Origin: an uncultured virus (IMG/VR IMGVR_UViG_3300022468_000816)
Taxonomy: Duplodnaviria > Heunggongvirae > Uroviricota > Caudoviricetes
Virus record (IMG/VR): IMGVR_UViG_3300022468_000816
Length of the DNA: 29,373 bases
Direction: 5' to 3' (one strand)
Positions 16,540 through 25,330 of this stretch are shown in pieces. How positions within the stretch are numbered: the first letter of the stretch is position 1; every line of letters starts with the position of its first letter. Position numbers and translations under genes: made by a program. The notes beneath the pieces are model-generated. The model did no database searches. It was not told the origin of the DNA and saw only the letters and a program-made list of their open reading frames with translations.

Positions 16540-18296
16540 GCTTCGATGCGGAACACGGGAAGTCCGAAGGCCTTGGCCATGTCCTGGGCGGGCGGCTGCT
16601 GCTGGCCCTGCTCGGGCTGCTGCTCCTCGTCGTCGCCATCGCCGCCACCGGGCTGGCCGAAGTCCTGCGCCTGGCCGTCGTCGCCCTGGCCGAAGTCGCC
16701 ATCGTCCTGGCCGCCCTGCCCGGGTGCGTCGCCCGGCTGGCCGTAGTCCTCCTGCTGGGGCATGGCCTCCTGCTGCCAGGCGCCGACCAGCGACGGGTTC
16801 AGCGGCGCGTCGCCCCACTTCCCGTCGGCTGCCTCGACGCCATCCTCGGCGCGGATCTCGTTGACGGTGCGCGTCATCTTCTTGCGCTCCCACACGTCCT
16901 TGGGGTCTTCCTCGTCGAGCCCGGTGAACTGGAACTCGTATTTGTCGGAAAACTCGCCGATGACGTACTCGCTGATCGTGCCCTCCAGGTAGGCCAGCAG
17001 CGGCCGCAGGCCTTTGTCCTTGGAGAAGGACAGCTTCTCCTCGGTGTCGCTGCCGCTCAGCGAGCTGGTGCCCGTGGTGAAGCTCTCGAAGTTGATCTCG
17101 TCGGGCGCGATGCCGTAGATGGCGCAGATGATCGACGCCAAGAACGTCATCCACTTCGCGAACATCACCTCGTTGACCTGGGCGCCGAACTCGGTGAAGT
17201 CGGCCTTGGACTCCTGGTCCTTGGACACCATCACCGGCAGGGCCCACGCGTTGTTGGCGCCCTTCACCATGCCGTTCCAGTAGCGCTTGAAGGCGTTGAT
17301 GTCCTCGTCGCTGTAATTGCCGTACAGGTTCAGCACGCCCTTGGGGATGGCGTTGCTGTCGAAGAACTTGGTGTTGTAGGTAAACGCGTTCAGGAACCCG
17401 GTCACCACGCGGATCAGCAGCTCGGTCTCGGCCAAGCCGTATCCGCCGGCGATCACATCGGTGCGCGGATTGCGCGGCACGTAGATCAGATCATCGTAGG
17501 TGTAGGCGCTGCGGATCTGCCCTTGGATGACCTGCAGGGCGAAAATCTCATCCTCGCCCTGGTAGCCCTCCTCGCTGCACAGCCGGATGGTGGCGCCGTC
17601 GACGGCGTACATGCCGTCCAGGCCCAGCGACTTGTCGCGCTTCCACTCGGTCTCAATCGCCATGCTGTCCATGGTCAGGCTGTCGCGCACCAGCTTGCTC
17701 ATGAAGTTGGGGAAGTTGTCCCGCTTGAGCCGCATGCGCTGCCGGGGCTTGGTCTCCCAGCCCGAATTCATGATGAAGGTTTCCAGCAGCTTGATCGCCT
17801 GCTTTTCGCTGTCGTCGATGTTCTCGACGGTCTCCTTGCTGGCGATCTTGAAGCCCGGGCCCTTGCCGCCCTTCTGCGGCCGGCAGAAGCGGGCCACCTG
17901 GCGCTGGCGCGTCATGATGACCGCATTGAGCACCGGCGTCTGCTCGACCATCGCGCGCATGGCGTCGAAGGAGAAGGAGCCTGGGCGCTCGAACCAGTCG
18001 CCGTTGACGTTGATCTGCAGGTCGTCGATCCACACCGACTGCATGCCCTTGGACTTGAGGTCCTTCGCTGCCATCGACGGGAACGGGATGACCTTGTTGC
18101 CGCGCATGGCCTTCTGCATGGCCTGGTCTTCGAGGTCGCGGTTGATGTAGTCGATGATGGGCTGGATGTTCGTGGCCGGGATCAGGTCCGACAGCGCGCG
18201 CGGCATCGACGATTTTTGCAGTTCCGCCATGGCGTCCTGCCGCTCGTCGGCGGGGGCGCGCGGGTCAAAGGCTACAGAGCGGGCAGCATCGGTCAT
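16536..18296 (-). CDS. Phage portal protein (586 aa)
   Basis: YVPRNPRTD..GYGL, NTKFFDSNAIPKGVL, ICAIYGIAPDEI, GLRPLL, TVNEIRA; Q/G/D-rich tail with D(Y/F)GQ repeats. Confidence 0.88.
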   Translation of the reverse strand: MTDAARSVAFDPRAPADERQDAMAELQKSSMPRALSDLIPATNIQPIIDYINRDLEDQAMQKAMRGNKVIPFPSMAAKDLKSKGMQSVWIDDLQINVNGDWFERPGSFSFDAMRAMVEQTPVLNAVIMTRQRQVARFCRPQKGGKGPGFKIASKETVENIDDSEKQAIKLLETFIMNSGWETKPRQRMRLKRDNFPNFMSKLVRDSLTMDSMAIETEWKRDKSLGLDGMYAVDGATIRLCSEEGYQGEDEIFALQVIQGQIRSAYTYDDLIYVPRNPRTDVIAGGYGLAETELLIRVVTGFLNAFTYNTKFFDSNAIPKGVLNLYGNYSDEDINAFKRYWNGMVKGANNAWALPVMVSKDQESKADFTEFGAQVNEVMFAKWMTFLASIICAIYGIAPDEINFESFTTGTSSLSGSDTEEKLSFSKDKGLRPLLAYLEGTISEYVIGEFSDKYEFQFTGLDEEDPKDVWERKKMTRTVNEIRAEDGVEAADGKWGDAPLNPSLVGAWQQEAMPQQEDYGQPGDAPGQGGQDDGDFGQGDDGQAQDFGQPGGGDGDDEEQQPEQGQQQPPAQDMAKAFGLPVFRIEA

Positions 18297-18302
18297 GCTG
18301 GT

Positions 18303-18318
18303 AGCGTAGCGTCACGAC
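18303..18318 (-). promoter_or_regulatory. Late-promoter-like motif, copy 5 (GTCGTGA-CGC-TACGCT), 6 nt before portal ATG 18296
   Basis: Consensus match with identical spacing to the ATG. Confidence 0.75.
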
Positions 18319-18335
18319 GACACCGGCTCGGACGC

Positions 18336-18364
18336 TTGCGCATTTTTGAGTATTTGCTGATAAT
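18336..18364 (+). promoter_or_regulatory. Possible sigma70-type promoter for the plus-strand block
   Basis: TTGCGC-N17-GATAAT in the AT-rich divergent intergenic region. Confidence 0.4.
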
Positions 18365-18390
18365 TGATCAAATTACTTCTGGAGAAAACC

Positions 18391-18681
18391 TTGAATGCCT
18401 ATGAGTTTTTGCTGAGCTTCGCACGCGAGCACTGGTTTCTGTCCTGGTGCGCGTTGTGGCTGGTGTGGGCGCCTATCCTGCTTTCCCGCTGGGTGCTGGT
18501 TTTCACGCGCAGCATCATCATCCGCACATACCGCACCGTCATGGTCGCCACGCGCGGCTGGCCGCCTGCGCACCTCGACGCCGACGGCGACTGGCGGCAG
18601 CTGCCGAAGGTGGCGGCAAAGACCGAGACCGCCACCGTGGGCGACAAGAGCCACACCACCACCCACGCCCGACAGATGTAG
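18391..18681 (+). CDS. Small predicted membrane protein
   Basis: GGAG 6 nt before TTG 18391; Trp-rich hydrophobic segment; RGWPPAHLDADGD. Confidence 0.7.
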   Translation: MNAYEFLLSFAREHWFLSWCALWLVWAPILLSRWVLVFTRSIIIRTYRTVMVATRGWPPAHLDADGDWRQLPKVAAKTETATVGDKSHTTTHARQM

Positions 18682-18778
18682 AACTGATTCCTAAGCTGTT
18701 TTTTTGATCCGTTTTTCATTGGGGCACGCCCCGCCGCCGAAGTCCCGGGCGCTATTCGGGCGCAACAACCACACCACC

Positions 18779-19708
18779 ATGTTCAAGAACCTGATCATTT
18801 ACCGCACCGCTCCCCTGCACGACGCCGACCACGAGGGCATCGAGCAAGCGATGACCAAAGGCCAGTTTGTGCCCTGCAGCGCCACGCAGGAGAAGTCCAT
18901 TGGTTTCGTGCCACCGCGAGGTGAACTGCACGGCCCGCGCGTTGAGTCTGTCGGCGGCCAGTGGATCTTGCGCTTCAAGAGCGAGACCAAAACCATACCC
19001 GCACAGGCCTTGGCGCGCCGCGTCGCGGAGAAAGCCGCGCGCATCGAGCAGGAAACGGGCCGCAAGCCCGGGCGCAAGGAAACCAAGGAGCTCAAGGATG
19101 AGGCGAAGCTGGATCTGCTGCCCATGGCGTTCGCCAGCGAGGCCACCACGTGGGTGTGGATCAACCGCCGCGACCGCCTGCTGGTGATAGACACCGGCAG
19201 CCAGTCGCGCGCCGACACCATCGTGACCGCGCTTGTTGAGCTGCTGCCAGGCCTGTCGGTGTCGCTGCTCAACACCCAGACCAGCCCGCAGGCCGCGATG
19301 GCCCACTGGCTCAAAGAGCAGGAGCCACCCGTGGGCTTCACGGTCGACCGAGAGTGCGAGCTCAAGAGCGCCAGCGAGGAGAAGTCCGTGGTGCGCTACG
19401 GCCGCCATCCGCTGGACATTGAGGAGGTGCAGAAGCACATCGACGCCGGAAAGCTCCCCACCAAGCTCGCGCTGACATGGGATGACCGCGTGTCGTTCCT
19501 GCTGACCGAGGGCGGCCAGGTCAAGAAGCTGGCGTTTCTGGACACCGTGTTCGATGGGCAGATGCTCGACGGCTTCGACACCGACGTGGCGATCGCCACG
19601 GGCGAGCTGGTGCGCATGATCCCGGACCTGGTGGAGGCGCTGGGTGGCGAGGCCGAGAGCGGCGTGGCCAGCGCGGCGGCGGCCGCGCAGGAAGGCGCGC
19701 CAGCATGA
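18779..19708 (+). CDS. rdgC: Recombination-associated protein RdgC
   Basis: MFKNLIIYR start, SIGFVPP, LLPMAF, KLALTWDDRVSFLLTE, FDTDVAIATGEL...LVEALGGE. Confidence 0.95.
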   Translation: MFKNLIIYRTAPLHDADHEGIEQAMTKGQFVPCSATQEKSIGFVPPRGELHGPRVESVGGQWILRFKSETKTIPAQALARRVAEKAARIEQETGRKPGRKETKELKDEAKLDLLPMAFASEATTWVWINRRDRLLVIDTGSQSRADTIVTALVELLPGLSVSLLNTQTSPQAAMAHWLKEQEPPVGFTVDRECELKSASEEKSVVRYGRHPLDIEEVQKHIDAGKLPTKLALTWDDRVSFLLTEGGQVKKLAFLDTVFDGQMLDGFDTDVAIATGELVRMIPDLVEALGGEAESGVASAAAAAQEGAPA

Positions 19709-19920
19709 GCAAGCCCGGCAGAACCACGTTGCGCGTCGCCCTGCCCGGCGGCGGGTACATGATGCGGAAGTCTCCAGTGGCGCAGCGCGGCGGCCCCGAC
19801 CTCGTCGGCTACGTCAACGGCCGCCGGGTCGAGGCGGACGTGGCCGCCCCCACCCCCAAAACCTGCATTGGCTGCGGCGCCAAGCAACAACCGGACGGCA
19901 GCCTGCCGTGCGGGCACTGA
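19705..19920 (+). CDS. Small hypothetical protein with CxxC...CGH zinc-binding motif
   Basis: ATGA overlap with rdgC; CIGCGA...LPCGH. Confidence 0.65.
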   Translation: MSKPGRTTLRVALPGGGYMMRKSPVAQRGGPDLVGYVNGRRVEADVAAPTPKTCIGCGAKQQPDGSLPCGH

Positions 19921-19929
19921 AAGGAAGGT

Positions 19930-21402
19930 ATGGACAAAGACATTGCAGCGGCACTCGACCGCATGGATGCCCTGATCGCCCCGGGCAACAGCCTGCTCGC
20001 CGTGAGCGACACGTCGGCCACAGCGGAGGGCGCGCGCGCTGACATGGCGCGGATCCGGGTGGCGCTCACAGCAGCGCCAGGGGTGCAGGCCGACTGGACG
20101 CAACCCACCACCGTGGCGCAGCGCCTGGGAGACGCCGTGCAGCTGCTGTGCGGCGGCAAGCGCCCACCCGAGGCGATGGTGACAGGCTGGCTGGACCACT
20201 CCAGCGAAGAACTGCAGTCGTTCTGCGCCGAACACGGCCCGTCATGGGCGCAGGGCATAGGCCTGATCGACGCGGCCATGGTGATGGTGGACCAGCCGAC
20301 CGAAATCACGACCATCGAGCATCCGGATCGTGACCATGAGCACCGCGCCCCCGCGCAGCCAGCCGAGGGCGGGGCCTATGCGGAGGCACCAATTCCCTAC
20401 GGCGTATCGGACGACGGCTACAACGTTTTCAGAATGAAACAGATGCTCGACTTCGCCGACGCCACCCACGCCCTGCGCGCATCCCATGGGCAAGCAGCAG
20501 CCGCACCCAAGCTCGAAGAGCTGTTGGTTTGGGCCGTCGAAGACGGATTGATGCGCATGAGCGATGTGTTCAAGCTCGATCTGCAAGATTCATTGGAGCG
20601 TTTCGCGCGCAGGTTCGCCGCCCCCACGGCACAGCCAGCACCAGCCGCAGAACAGGTGGCGTGGGAGTCCACTACACCCGCCTACACACGATACGTCACC
20701 CAGGCCCGCTATGAGAAGTTCTCACCAGCGGTGCGTCGCTGGTACAAGCCGTACAAGTGCTCAAGCTGCGAGGCACCAGCCGCTGGCGCAGTAGCGGGGC
20801 CGAGCCGCGCGCAGATCCGCGACGTGTTCCTGGCGAACGGGTTCACCGTGAAGGAGGGGCAGACGGACCTCAAGCCATACGTGTACGAAGCCGCAGAGGC
20901 CCTGCTGGCGCTCGCCGCCGCACCTAGCCCAGCCGCCACGCCCACCGCCGCGTCGCTCGCCTGGAACGTACTGCGCGACCTGACCGACCCGCTGGGCGAG
21001 GACGGTGCCAAGATCATGGGGCACGTCCGCGTCTTTGCGCAGCGCCAGTACGATGCGGGGCTTGCGGAGGGGCGGGCAGTGGTAGCGGCGCCAGACCTGC
21101 AGTCCTTGCACAACCTGCTCTACACCGCCCAGCGCACGACGGGCGAAGCGCGGGAAAACGCCATCAATGCTGCGCGCATTGAGCTTGCCCGGCTGAGAGC
21201 GGCCAGCCCGGCGCCGGCTGAGAGCCGCGTGCCAGAGTATGTCGGCAACGGCATGTTCAAGGGCGAGACCATTCAGAAGGCCGCCGAGCACTGGGCGAAC
21301 TGGTGCGACCGGCGCTGCATGGACGGGCTGGCCGGGTTCCTACGCGTGGTGGCGGCCGCGCACACCCCGGCCGCCCCAGAGGATGCGAAGGGCGGTGCGT
21401 GA
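19930..21402 (+). CDS. Mosaic phage hypothetical protein (490 aa)
   Basis: AAGGAAGG SD; short modules joined by Ala/Pro linkers; coupled to the next gene. Confidence 0.75.
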   Translation: MDKDIAAALDRMDALIAPGNSLLAVSDTSATAEGARADMARIRVALTAAPGVQADWTQPTTVAQRLGDAVQLLCGGKRPPEAMVTGWLDHSSEELQSFCAEHGPSWAQGIGLIDAAMVMVDQPTEITTIEHPDRDHEHRAPAQPAEGGAYAEAPIPYGVSDDGYNVFRMKQMLDFADATHALRASHGQAAAAPKLEELLVWAVEDGLMRMSDVFKLDLQDSLERFARRFAAPTAQPAPAAEQVAWESTTPAYTRYVTQARYEKFSPAVRRWYKPYKCSSCEAPAAGAVAGPSRAQIRDVFLANGFTVKEGQTDLKPYVYEAAEALLALAAAPSPAATPTAASLAWNVLRDLTDPLGEDGAKIMGHVRVFAQRQYDAGLAEGRAVVAAPDLQSLHNLLYTAQRTTGEARENAINAARIELARLRAASPAPAESRVPEYVGNGMFKGETIQKAAEHWANWCDRRCMDGLAGFLRVVAAAHTPAAPEDAKGGA

Positions 21403-21671
21403 TGGCCCGCACCGTCATGCCCATCATGGGCGCCACCCTCCTCAGCGAAATCCCGTGGGCGATGATCGCGCCCCATGAGGCGCAGGCCCAGAGCAACCAC
21501 GGTCAGTCACTGGAGCGGCTGGCCTCGCGTGGAGGCCTAGCAGCTGCCGAGGCTCTGGACATCATCGAGGGGCGCCGGTGGGGCTCTGCAAAGGTCTGCA
21601 TCGAGAACGAGCGCTACCTGATCAACCTAGTGCGCGCCTGGCGTGCTGCCCAGCCGAAGGGGCTGAGCTGA
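21402..21671 (+). CDS. Hypothetical protein (89 aa)
   Basis: TGATG overlap; IPWAMIAPHEAQAQSNHGQSLERLASRGGL. Confidence 0.75.
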   Translation: MARTVMPIMGATLLSEIPWAMIAPHEAQAQSNHGQSLERLASRGGLAAAEALDIIEGRRWGSAKVCIENERYLINLVRAWRAAQPKGLS

Positions 21672-22036
21672 TGGCCCTCGCCGACTACGACCTCGACACC
21701 CTGTTCGACCTGATCGCCGATATGCCCGACATCGAGGCCATCGACGAGCTGGACGCGCGCATCGACGCCATCCGGGCCCAGCGCAAGGCCATCGGTGACG
21801 CGAAGAAGCGTCACGCGGAGCGGGTGGACCTCAGCGTCCAGGAGGACCGCTGCCGCGTGCGGCGGGCCAAGCTGGTGTTCCGCATCGAGCAGCGCAAGTG
21901 GAGCAAGGCCGTGCGCGCCGTCTTCGGCGAGGAGGGCTTCGAGCGCTGTCTGGAATGGATGCGCGCGCTGCCCGAGGACGAGGTGAAGGCCATCGCGCAG
22001 ACCACCGCCAGGGCGCGGCGCATGGGCTCGAACTGA
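21671..22036 (+). CDS. Hypothetical helical protein (121 aa)
   Basis: TGATG overlap; GC3-rich codon usage. Confidence 0.75.
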   Translation: MALADYDLDTLFDLIADMPDIEAIDELDARIDAIRAQRKAIGDAKKRHAERVDLSVQEDRCRVRRAKLVFRIEQRKWSKAVRAVFGEEGFERCLEWMRALPEDEVKAIAQTTARARRMGSN

Positions 22037-22113
22037 CAAGTAGTCAGATTTGAGCAACGAAAAACCCGCGTCAATTCAGCGTTTTAGCTTTTTTTGATGC
22101 ATAATAGTCCCCA

Positions 22114-22142
22114 GGTCGGGCGCGCTGCCCGGCCCTTTTTTT
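22114..22142 (+). terminator. Terminator-like hairpin just upstream of the HU RBS
   Basis: GGTCGGGC-gcgct-GCCCGGCC followed by C and T7. Confidence 0.55.
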
Positions 22143-22162
22143 ATCACCTACTGGAGCTTTTT

Positions 22163-22435
22163 ATGAACAAGTCCGAACTGATCGAGCACGTCGCCATGAA
22201 CGCCGACATCACCAAGGCGTCCGCCGCGCGCGCGTTGGACGCCGTGATCACCGGCGTGACCCGCACCCTCAAGAAGGGTGGCGTCGTGGCCATCACCGGC
22301 TTCGGCACGTTCTCCACCGGCAAGCGCGCCGCGCGCACCGGCCGCAACCCCCGCACCGGCGCCGCGATCAAGATCAAGGCCGCCAAGGTGCCGAAGTTCA
22401 AGCCCGGCAAGAACCTCAAGGACGCGCTGAACTGA
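22163..22435 (+). CDS. hup: Histone-like DNA-binding protein HU (90 aa)
   Basis: MNKSELI...GFGTF...[12 protein letters not shown]...PKFKPGK.LKDALN; GGAG SD. Confidence 0.96.
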   Translation: MNKSELIEHVAMNADITKASAARALDAVITGVTRTLKKGGVVAITGFGTFSTGKRAARTGRNPRTGAAIKIKAAKVPKFKPGKNLKDALN

Positions 22436-22509
22436 TCGGCCAGCTCGCCAGCCAGACCGTCGCGCGCGGCGGTCTACCAACAACTTTCCTGAAACCACCG
22501 AGACCTCAC

Positions 22510-22752
22510 ATGACCAGCAAACTGACCAAGAGCCAAAAGCGCGCCGCATTCGCCAAGCTGCCGCCGGCCATCATCTGCAAGCCGCTGCGCTTCATTGGCG
22601 ACAACACCGCCTGCACGATGAAAGAGGACCCCATCACAAAGCTGCCCGTGCGCGTGCCGTCGGCAGAGTACCAGCGCGCGCGCAAGGCCGCCGACCGCGG
22701 CAACGGCGCCCTGGTGAAGGGTATCGCCCGCGAAGTGGCCTCGGCCATCTGA
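22510..22752 (+). CDS. Hypothetical basic protein (80 aa)
   Basis: ORF in operon, typical codon usage. Confidence 0.7.
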   Translation: MTSKLTKSQKRAAFAKLPPAIICKPLRFIGDNTACTMKEDPITKLPVRVPSAEYQRARKAADRGNGALVKGIAREVASAI

Positions 22753-22754
22753 CC

Positions 22755-23153
22755 ATGCGCATCGGCAACGGCCCCCGCCTTGTCGTTCCCCGGCCTGGTC
22801 ACCCCGGCCGCCGGGGCTGGTACGGTCAGTGGCGCGACCGTGGGCAAGCCTACGACCTGCACCGCGAGCAAGAACGCGATCGGCTGCGCCTCTTGCCGCG
22901 CTGGTCCATCAGCGACTGCAAACCATCGGTCATCTACCTGCGCCAGGTTCCGCCCGGCGGGTATTGCCGCCAGGTCGACGGCCACGGCCGCTCCTTCGGT
23001 CCCCGGCTGACCCGCGACGCGGACCTGCCCGAGCGCACCCGCGTGCGTCTGGTCAACCGCCAGGAGGAGACCCTGAGCTCGCGCCTGAGCCGCATGATGT
23101 CGGCCGAGCATCGTTTTTTCACCCGATACCCTGACCACCATGCACACACCTGA
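22755..23153 (+). CDS. Hypothetical protein (132 aa)
   Basis: Tightly packed between neighbouring genes. Confidence 0.6.
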   Translation: MRIGNGPRLVVPRPGHPGRRGWYGQWRDRGQAYDLHREQERDRLRLLPRWSISDCKPSVIYLRQVPPGGYCRQVDGHGRSFGPRLTRDADLPERTRVRLVNRQEETLSSRLSRMMSAEHRFFTRYPDHHAHT

Positions 23154-23436
23154 ACAAGCCAGCGCGCTCTGGTGCCCGATGGCGCGCATCGGCGTGCCGG
23201 CGCACCACGGTGGCCCGGCCACGCTGAACGACCCCGAGAGCGAGTACCAGCGCACCTGCATCGGCGACCGCTGCGCCATGTGGCGCTGGGCACCGAGCAC
23301 CGACTTCAAGCCCGAGACCGAGGTAAGGCCCGCGGGCCCATTCGGCACCGAGAAGCGGATAGTCAATGTTCTGAATCGGCTGCCGCCCGTCCTCGGTTAT
23401 TGCGGAATCGCCGGCCGCCCCGAGGTGGCGTCGTGA
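23140..23436 (+). CDS. Cys-containing phage hypothetical protein (98 aa)
   Basis: WCPMAR...CIGDRCAMWRW...GYCGIAG; overlaps its neighbours. Confidence 0.7.
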   Translation: MHTPEQASALWCPMARIGVPAHHGGPATLNDPESEYQRTCIGDRCAMWRWAPSTDFKPETEVRPAGPFGTEKRIVNVLNRLPPVLGYCGIAGRPEVAS

Positions 23437-23909
23437 AGCGCGCGCCGCACTTCAAGGAAACCGCCTACAGCCCATGGCTGCCAGGCACGGTAAACCCCGC
23501 GCGCCCGGGCTGGTACGAGTGCGAGGGGTTCCGATTCAACGGCCACCTGCACCTGTTTTGGAATGGCCTCATGTGGCTGTACTTCGGCCCACCCCACCAG
23601 GACCCGGACTTCCCGTCCTTCGGTGCCCACCCCACCGACCGCTGGCGCGGCATGCACAGCGTCGATGCTGTGCCGCCGCACAAGCACAAGATGGTCGACA
23701 TCACAGGCAACCGCTACGGCATGCTGATGGCCCTGCGGCGCGAGTACGTCACGCCAAAGGCGGGGTCGTTCTGGATGTTCCAGTGCGACTGCGGCAACCG
23801 GCGCGTCTGCCGCCTCGCGTGGGTGACGCACGGCAACACGGCCTCGTGCGGCTGCAGCCAGTTCAAGAAGCTCGCGGTGCCGGTGTCGCGGCCGTGGGCC
23901 CGGGCATGA
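23433..23909 (+). CDS. Hypothetical protein (158 aa) with a C-terminal CDCG...SCGC zinc module of the type found on HNH/AP2 endonucleases
   Basis: GAGG SD, GTGA overlap; DITGNRYGML...W.FQCDCGN...GNTASCGC. Confidence 0.7.
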   Translation: MKRAPHFKETAYSPWLPGTVNPARPGWYECEGFRFNGHLHLFWNGLMWLYFGPPHQDPDFPSFGAHPTDRWRGMHSVDAVPPHKHKMVDITGNRYGMLMALRREYVTPKAGSFWMFQCDCGNRRVCRLAWVTHGNTASCGCSQFKKLAVPVSRPWARA

Positions 23910-24148
23910 TCCGCACCGTCATCCCGTCGCCGACCAGCCCGGGCGCCTTCGCCGTGGTGCGGCAGGGCCCGGGGCTGCCCGTCACGCTGGAGATTGACGG
24001 CTTCGGCACCGAGCAGTCCGCCCAGCGCCACGCGGACGTGCTCAACCGCCTCTATCAGCGCCAGCAAGAGGCCGAGGCCACCCTGGCGCTACCGCCCGCC
24101 GAACGCCCCATCGCCACGGGCTTTTACACCGACCGCGACGCCGCCTGA
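23906..24148 (+). CDS. Hypothetical protein (80 aa)
   Basis: ATGA overlap with the upstream gene. Confidence 0.7.
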   Translation: MIRTVIPSPTSPGAFAVVRQGPGLPVTLEIDGFGTEQSAQRHADVLNRLYQRQQEAEATLALPPAERPIATGFYTDRDAA

Positions 24149-24241
24149 GCATTGACGAGTCAGTATGGGACGGTTGCATAAAACGCGAGTCGCTACCATG
24201 CGTCAACTGGCGGACTCGCAGTCGAGAGGTCCAAACCGTAC

Positions 24242-25150
24242 ATGCGCTGGGTCAACAGAAAGATCCCCCGAATGAGCAATGCACCTGCCAACACCGAACC
24301 AATCATCGATTACCGCGCCGGCACCGAGCGCGCCGACTTCCAGTTCGGCAGCCTGGCCGTCCACGACTTCACCAACAGCACCGGGGTCCAGCAGATCCGC
24401 ACGCCCGAGTGCTCGATCTTCCTGCTCAACACCGGCGTGACCGTCACCGACATCTGGGAAGGCGAGCGCCAGCGCCAGCACAGCTACACCGCCGGCGACC
24501 TCATCTTCCTTCCGGCCAACACCGACGTGCACGCGTCCTACGTGTCGAACACCTACAGCGAGACCATGGTGCGCCTGCCCTGCGCCACGCTGCTGGCCGT
24601 GGCCGACGGCTTGGTCGATCCCGCGCTCGTCGACATCCGATATGTCGCGCTCGACAGCTCGCGAAACTTCGGCCTGACCGCGGCCGTGAGCACCATCGCG
24701 AGATCCGACGTGCAGAGCCCCGCCATGCCGCTGCTGGTGGAAAGCCTGACGACAGCCCTCGCGGCCGGCATCCTGTGCGCCCTGTCGCCGGTGACCAGGG
24801 CCACCGTCCGGGCCATGCGCCCGGGCCTGACCGATCGGCGCCGGCGCCTGGCGATCGATTTCATCGAGGCCAACCTGCACCGCGCAATCACCCTGGCCGA
24901 CATCGCGGCCGCGGCCCACATGAGCCTGTACCACTTCACGCGATCGTTCAAAGCCGCCATGGGGGTGACACCGGTGCGCTACCTTTGGGCGCGGCGTATC
25001 GAGCTCGCGCGCCGGCTGCTGCGGGATCCGGCCCTGCAGCTGGTCGATGTGTCCCTGGCCTGCGGCTTCGCCTCGCAAAGCCACTTCACCACCGCGTTCA
25101 AAATGGCCACAGGCATGACGCCGGCAGCCTGGCGCCGCTCGCGCAACTGA
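24242..25150 (+). CDS. AraC-family transcriptional regulator (start may be 24272)
   Basis: ITLADIAAAAHMSLYHFTRSFKAAMGVTP...ARRLL...VSLACGFASQSHFTTAFK..TG.TP. Confidence 0.94.
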   Translation: MRWVNRKIPRMSNAPANTEPIIDYRAGTERADFQFGSLAVHDFTNSTGVQQIRTPECSIFLLNTGVTVTDIWEGERQRQHSYTAGDLIFLPANTDVHASYVSNTYSETMVRLPCATLLAVADGLVDPALVDIRYVALDSSRNFGLTAAVSTIARSDVQSPAMPLLVESLTTALAAGILCALSPVTRATVRAMRPGLTDRRRRLAIDFIEANLHRAITLADIAAAAHMSLYHFTRSFKAAMGVTPVRYLWARRIELARRLLRDPALQLVDVSLACGFASQSHFTTAFKMATGMTPAAWRRSRN

Positions 25151-25173
25151 TCCGCAAGCTGATTCCAGGTGAC

Positions 25174-25210
25174 AAAAAACCCGCGCAGGCACTGGGCTTG
25201 CGCGGGTTTT
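25174..25210. terminator. Bidirectional intrinsic terminator between convergent units
   Basis: A6-CCCGCGCAGGC-actgg-GCTTGCGCGGG-T4. Confidence 0.88.
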
Positions 25211-25250
25211 CTGGTTTCGGATGTGATGATCGGGCGCGCTTCGGGCGCAG

Positions 25251-25262
25251 TTACTTACGCAT
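25251..25262 (-). other. Putative minigene ATG-CGT-AAG-TAA (Met-Arg-Lys) with GGAGG SD
   Basis: GGAGG at 25272-25268, 5-nt spacer, ATG 25262; lies between motif copy 6 and the terminator. Confidence 0.4.
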
Positions 25263-25314
25263 GGCGGCCTCCGGTTCGTTGATGAAAAATGGCTAGGTGA
25301 TCAGCAGACGCCCT

Positions 25315-25330
25315 ATGGTGTCATCACGAC
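25315..25330 (-). promoter_or_regulatory. Late-promoter-like motif, copy 6 (GTCGTGA-TGA-CACCAT) overlapping the TerL stop
   Basis: Consensus match. Confidence 0.6.

Noticed and set aside
16540..17247. N-terminal 236 aa of the 721-aa track ORF
   Set aside because: Alternative frame of the portal gene; the real start is ATG 16539. I see no slippery site supporting a portal-synthetase frameshift fusion
15387..23445. Other TCGTGA occurrences (15396, 19221, 20306, 20329, 23431)
   Set aside because: They lack the NANNNT hexamer at the fixed spacing
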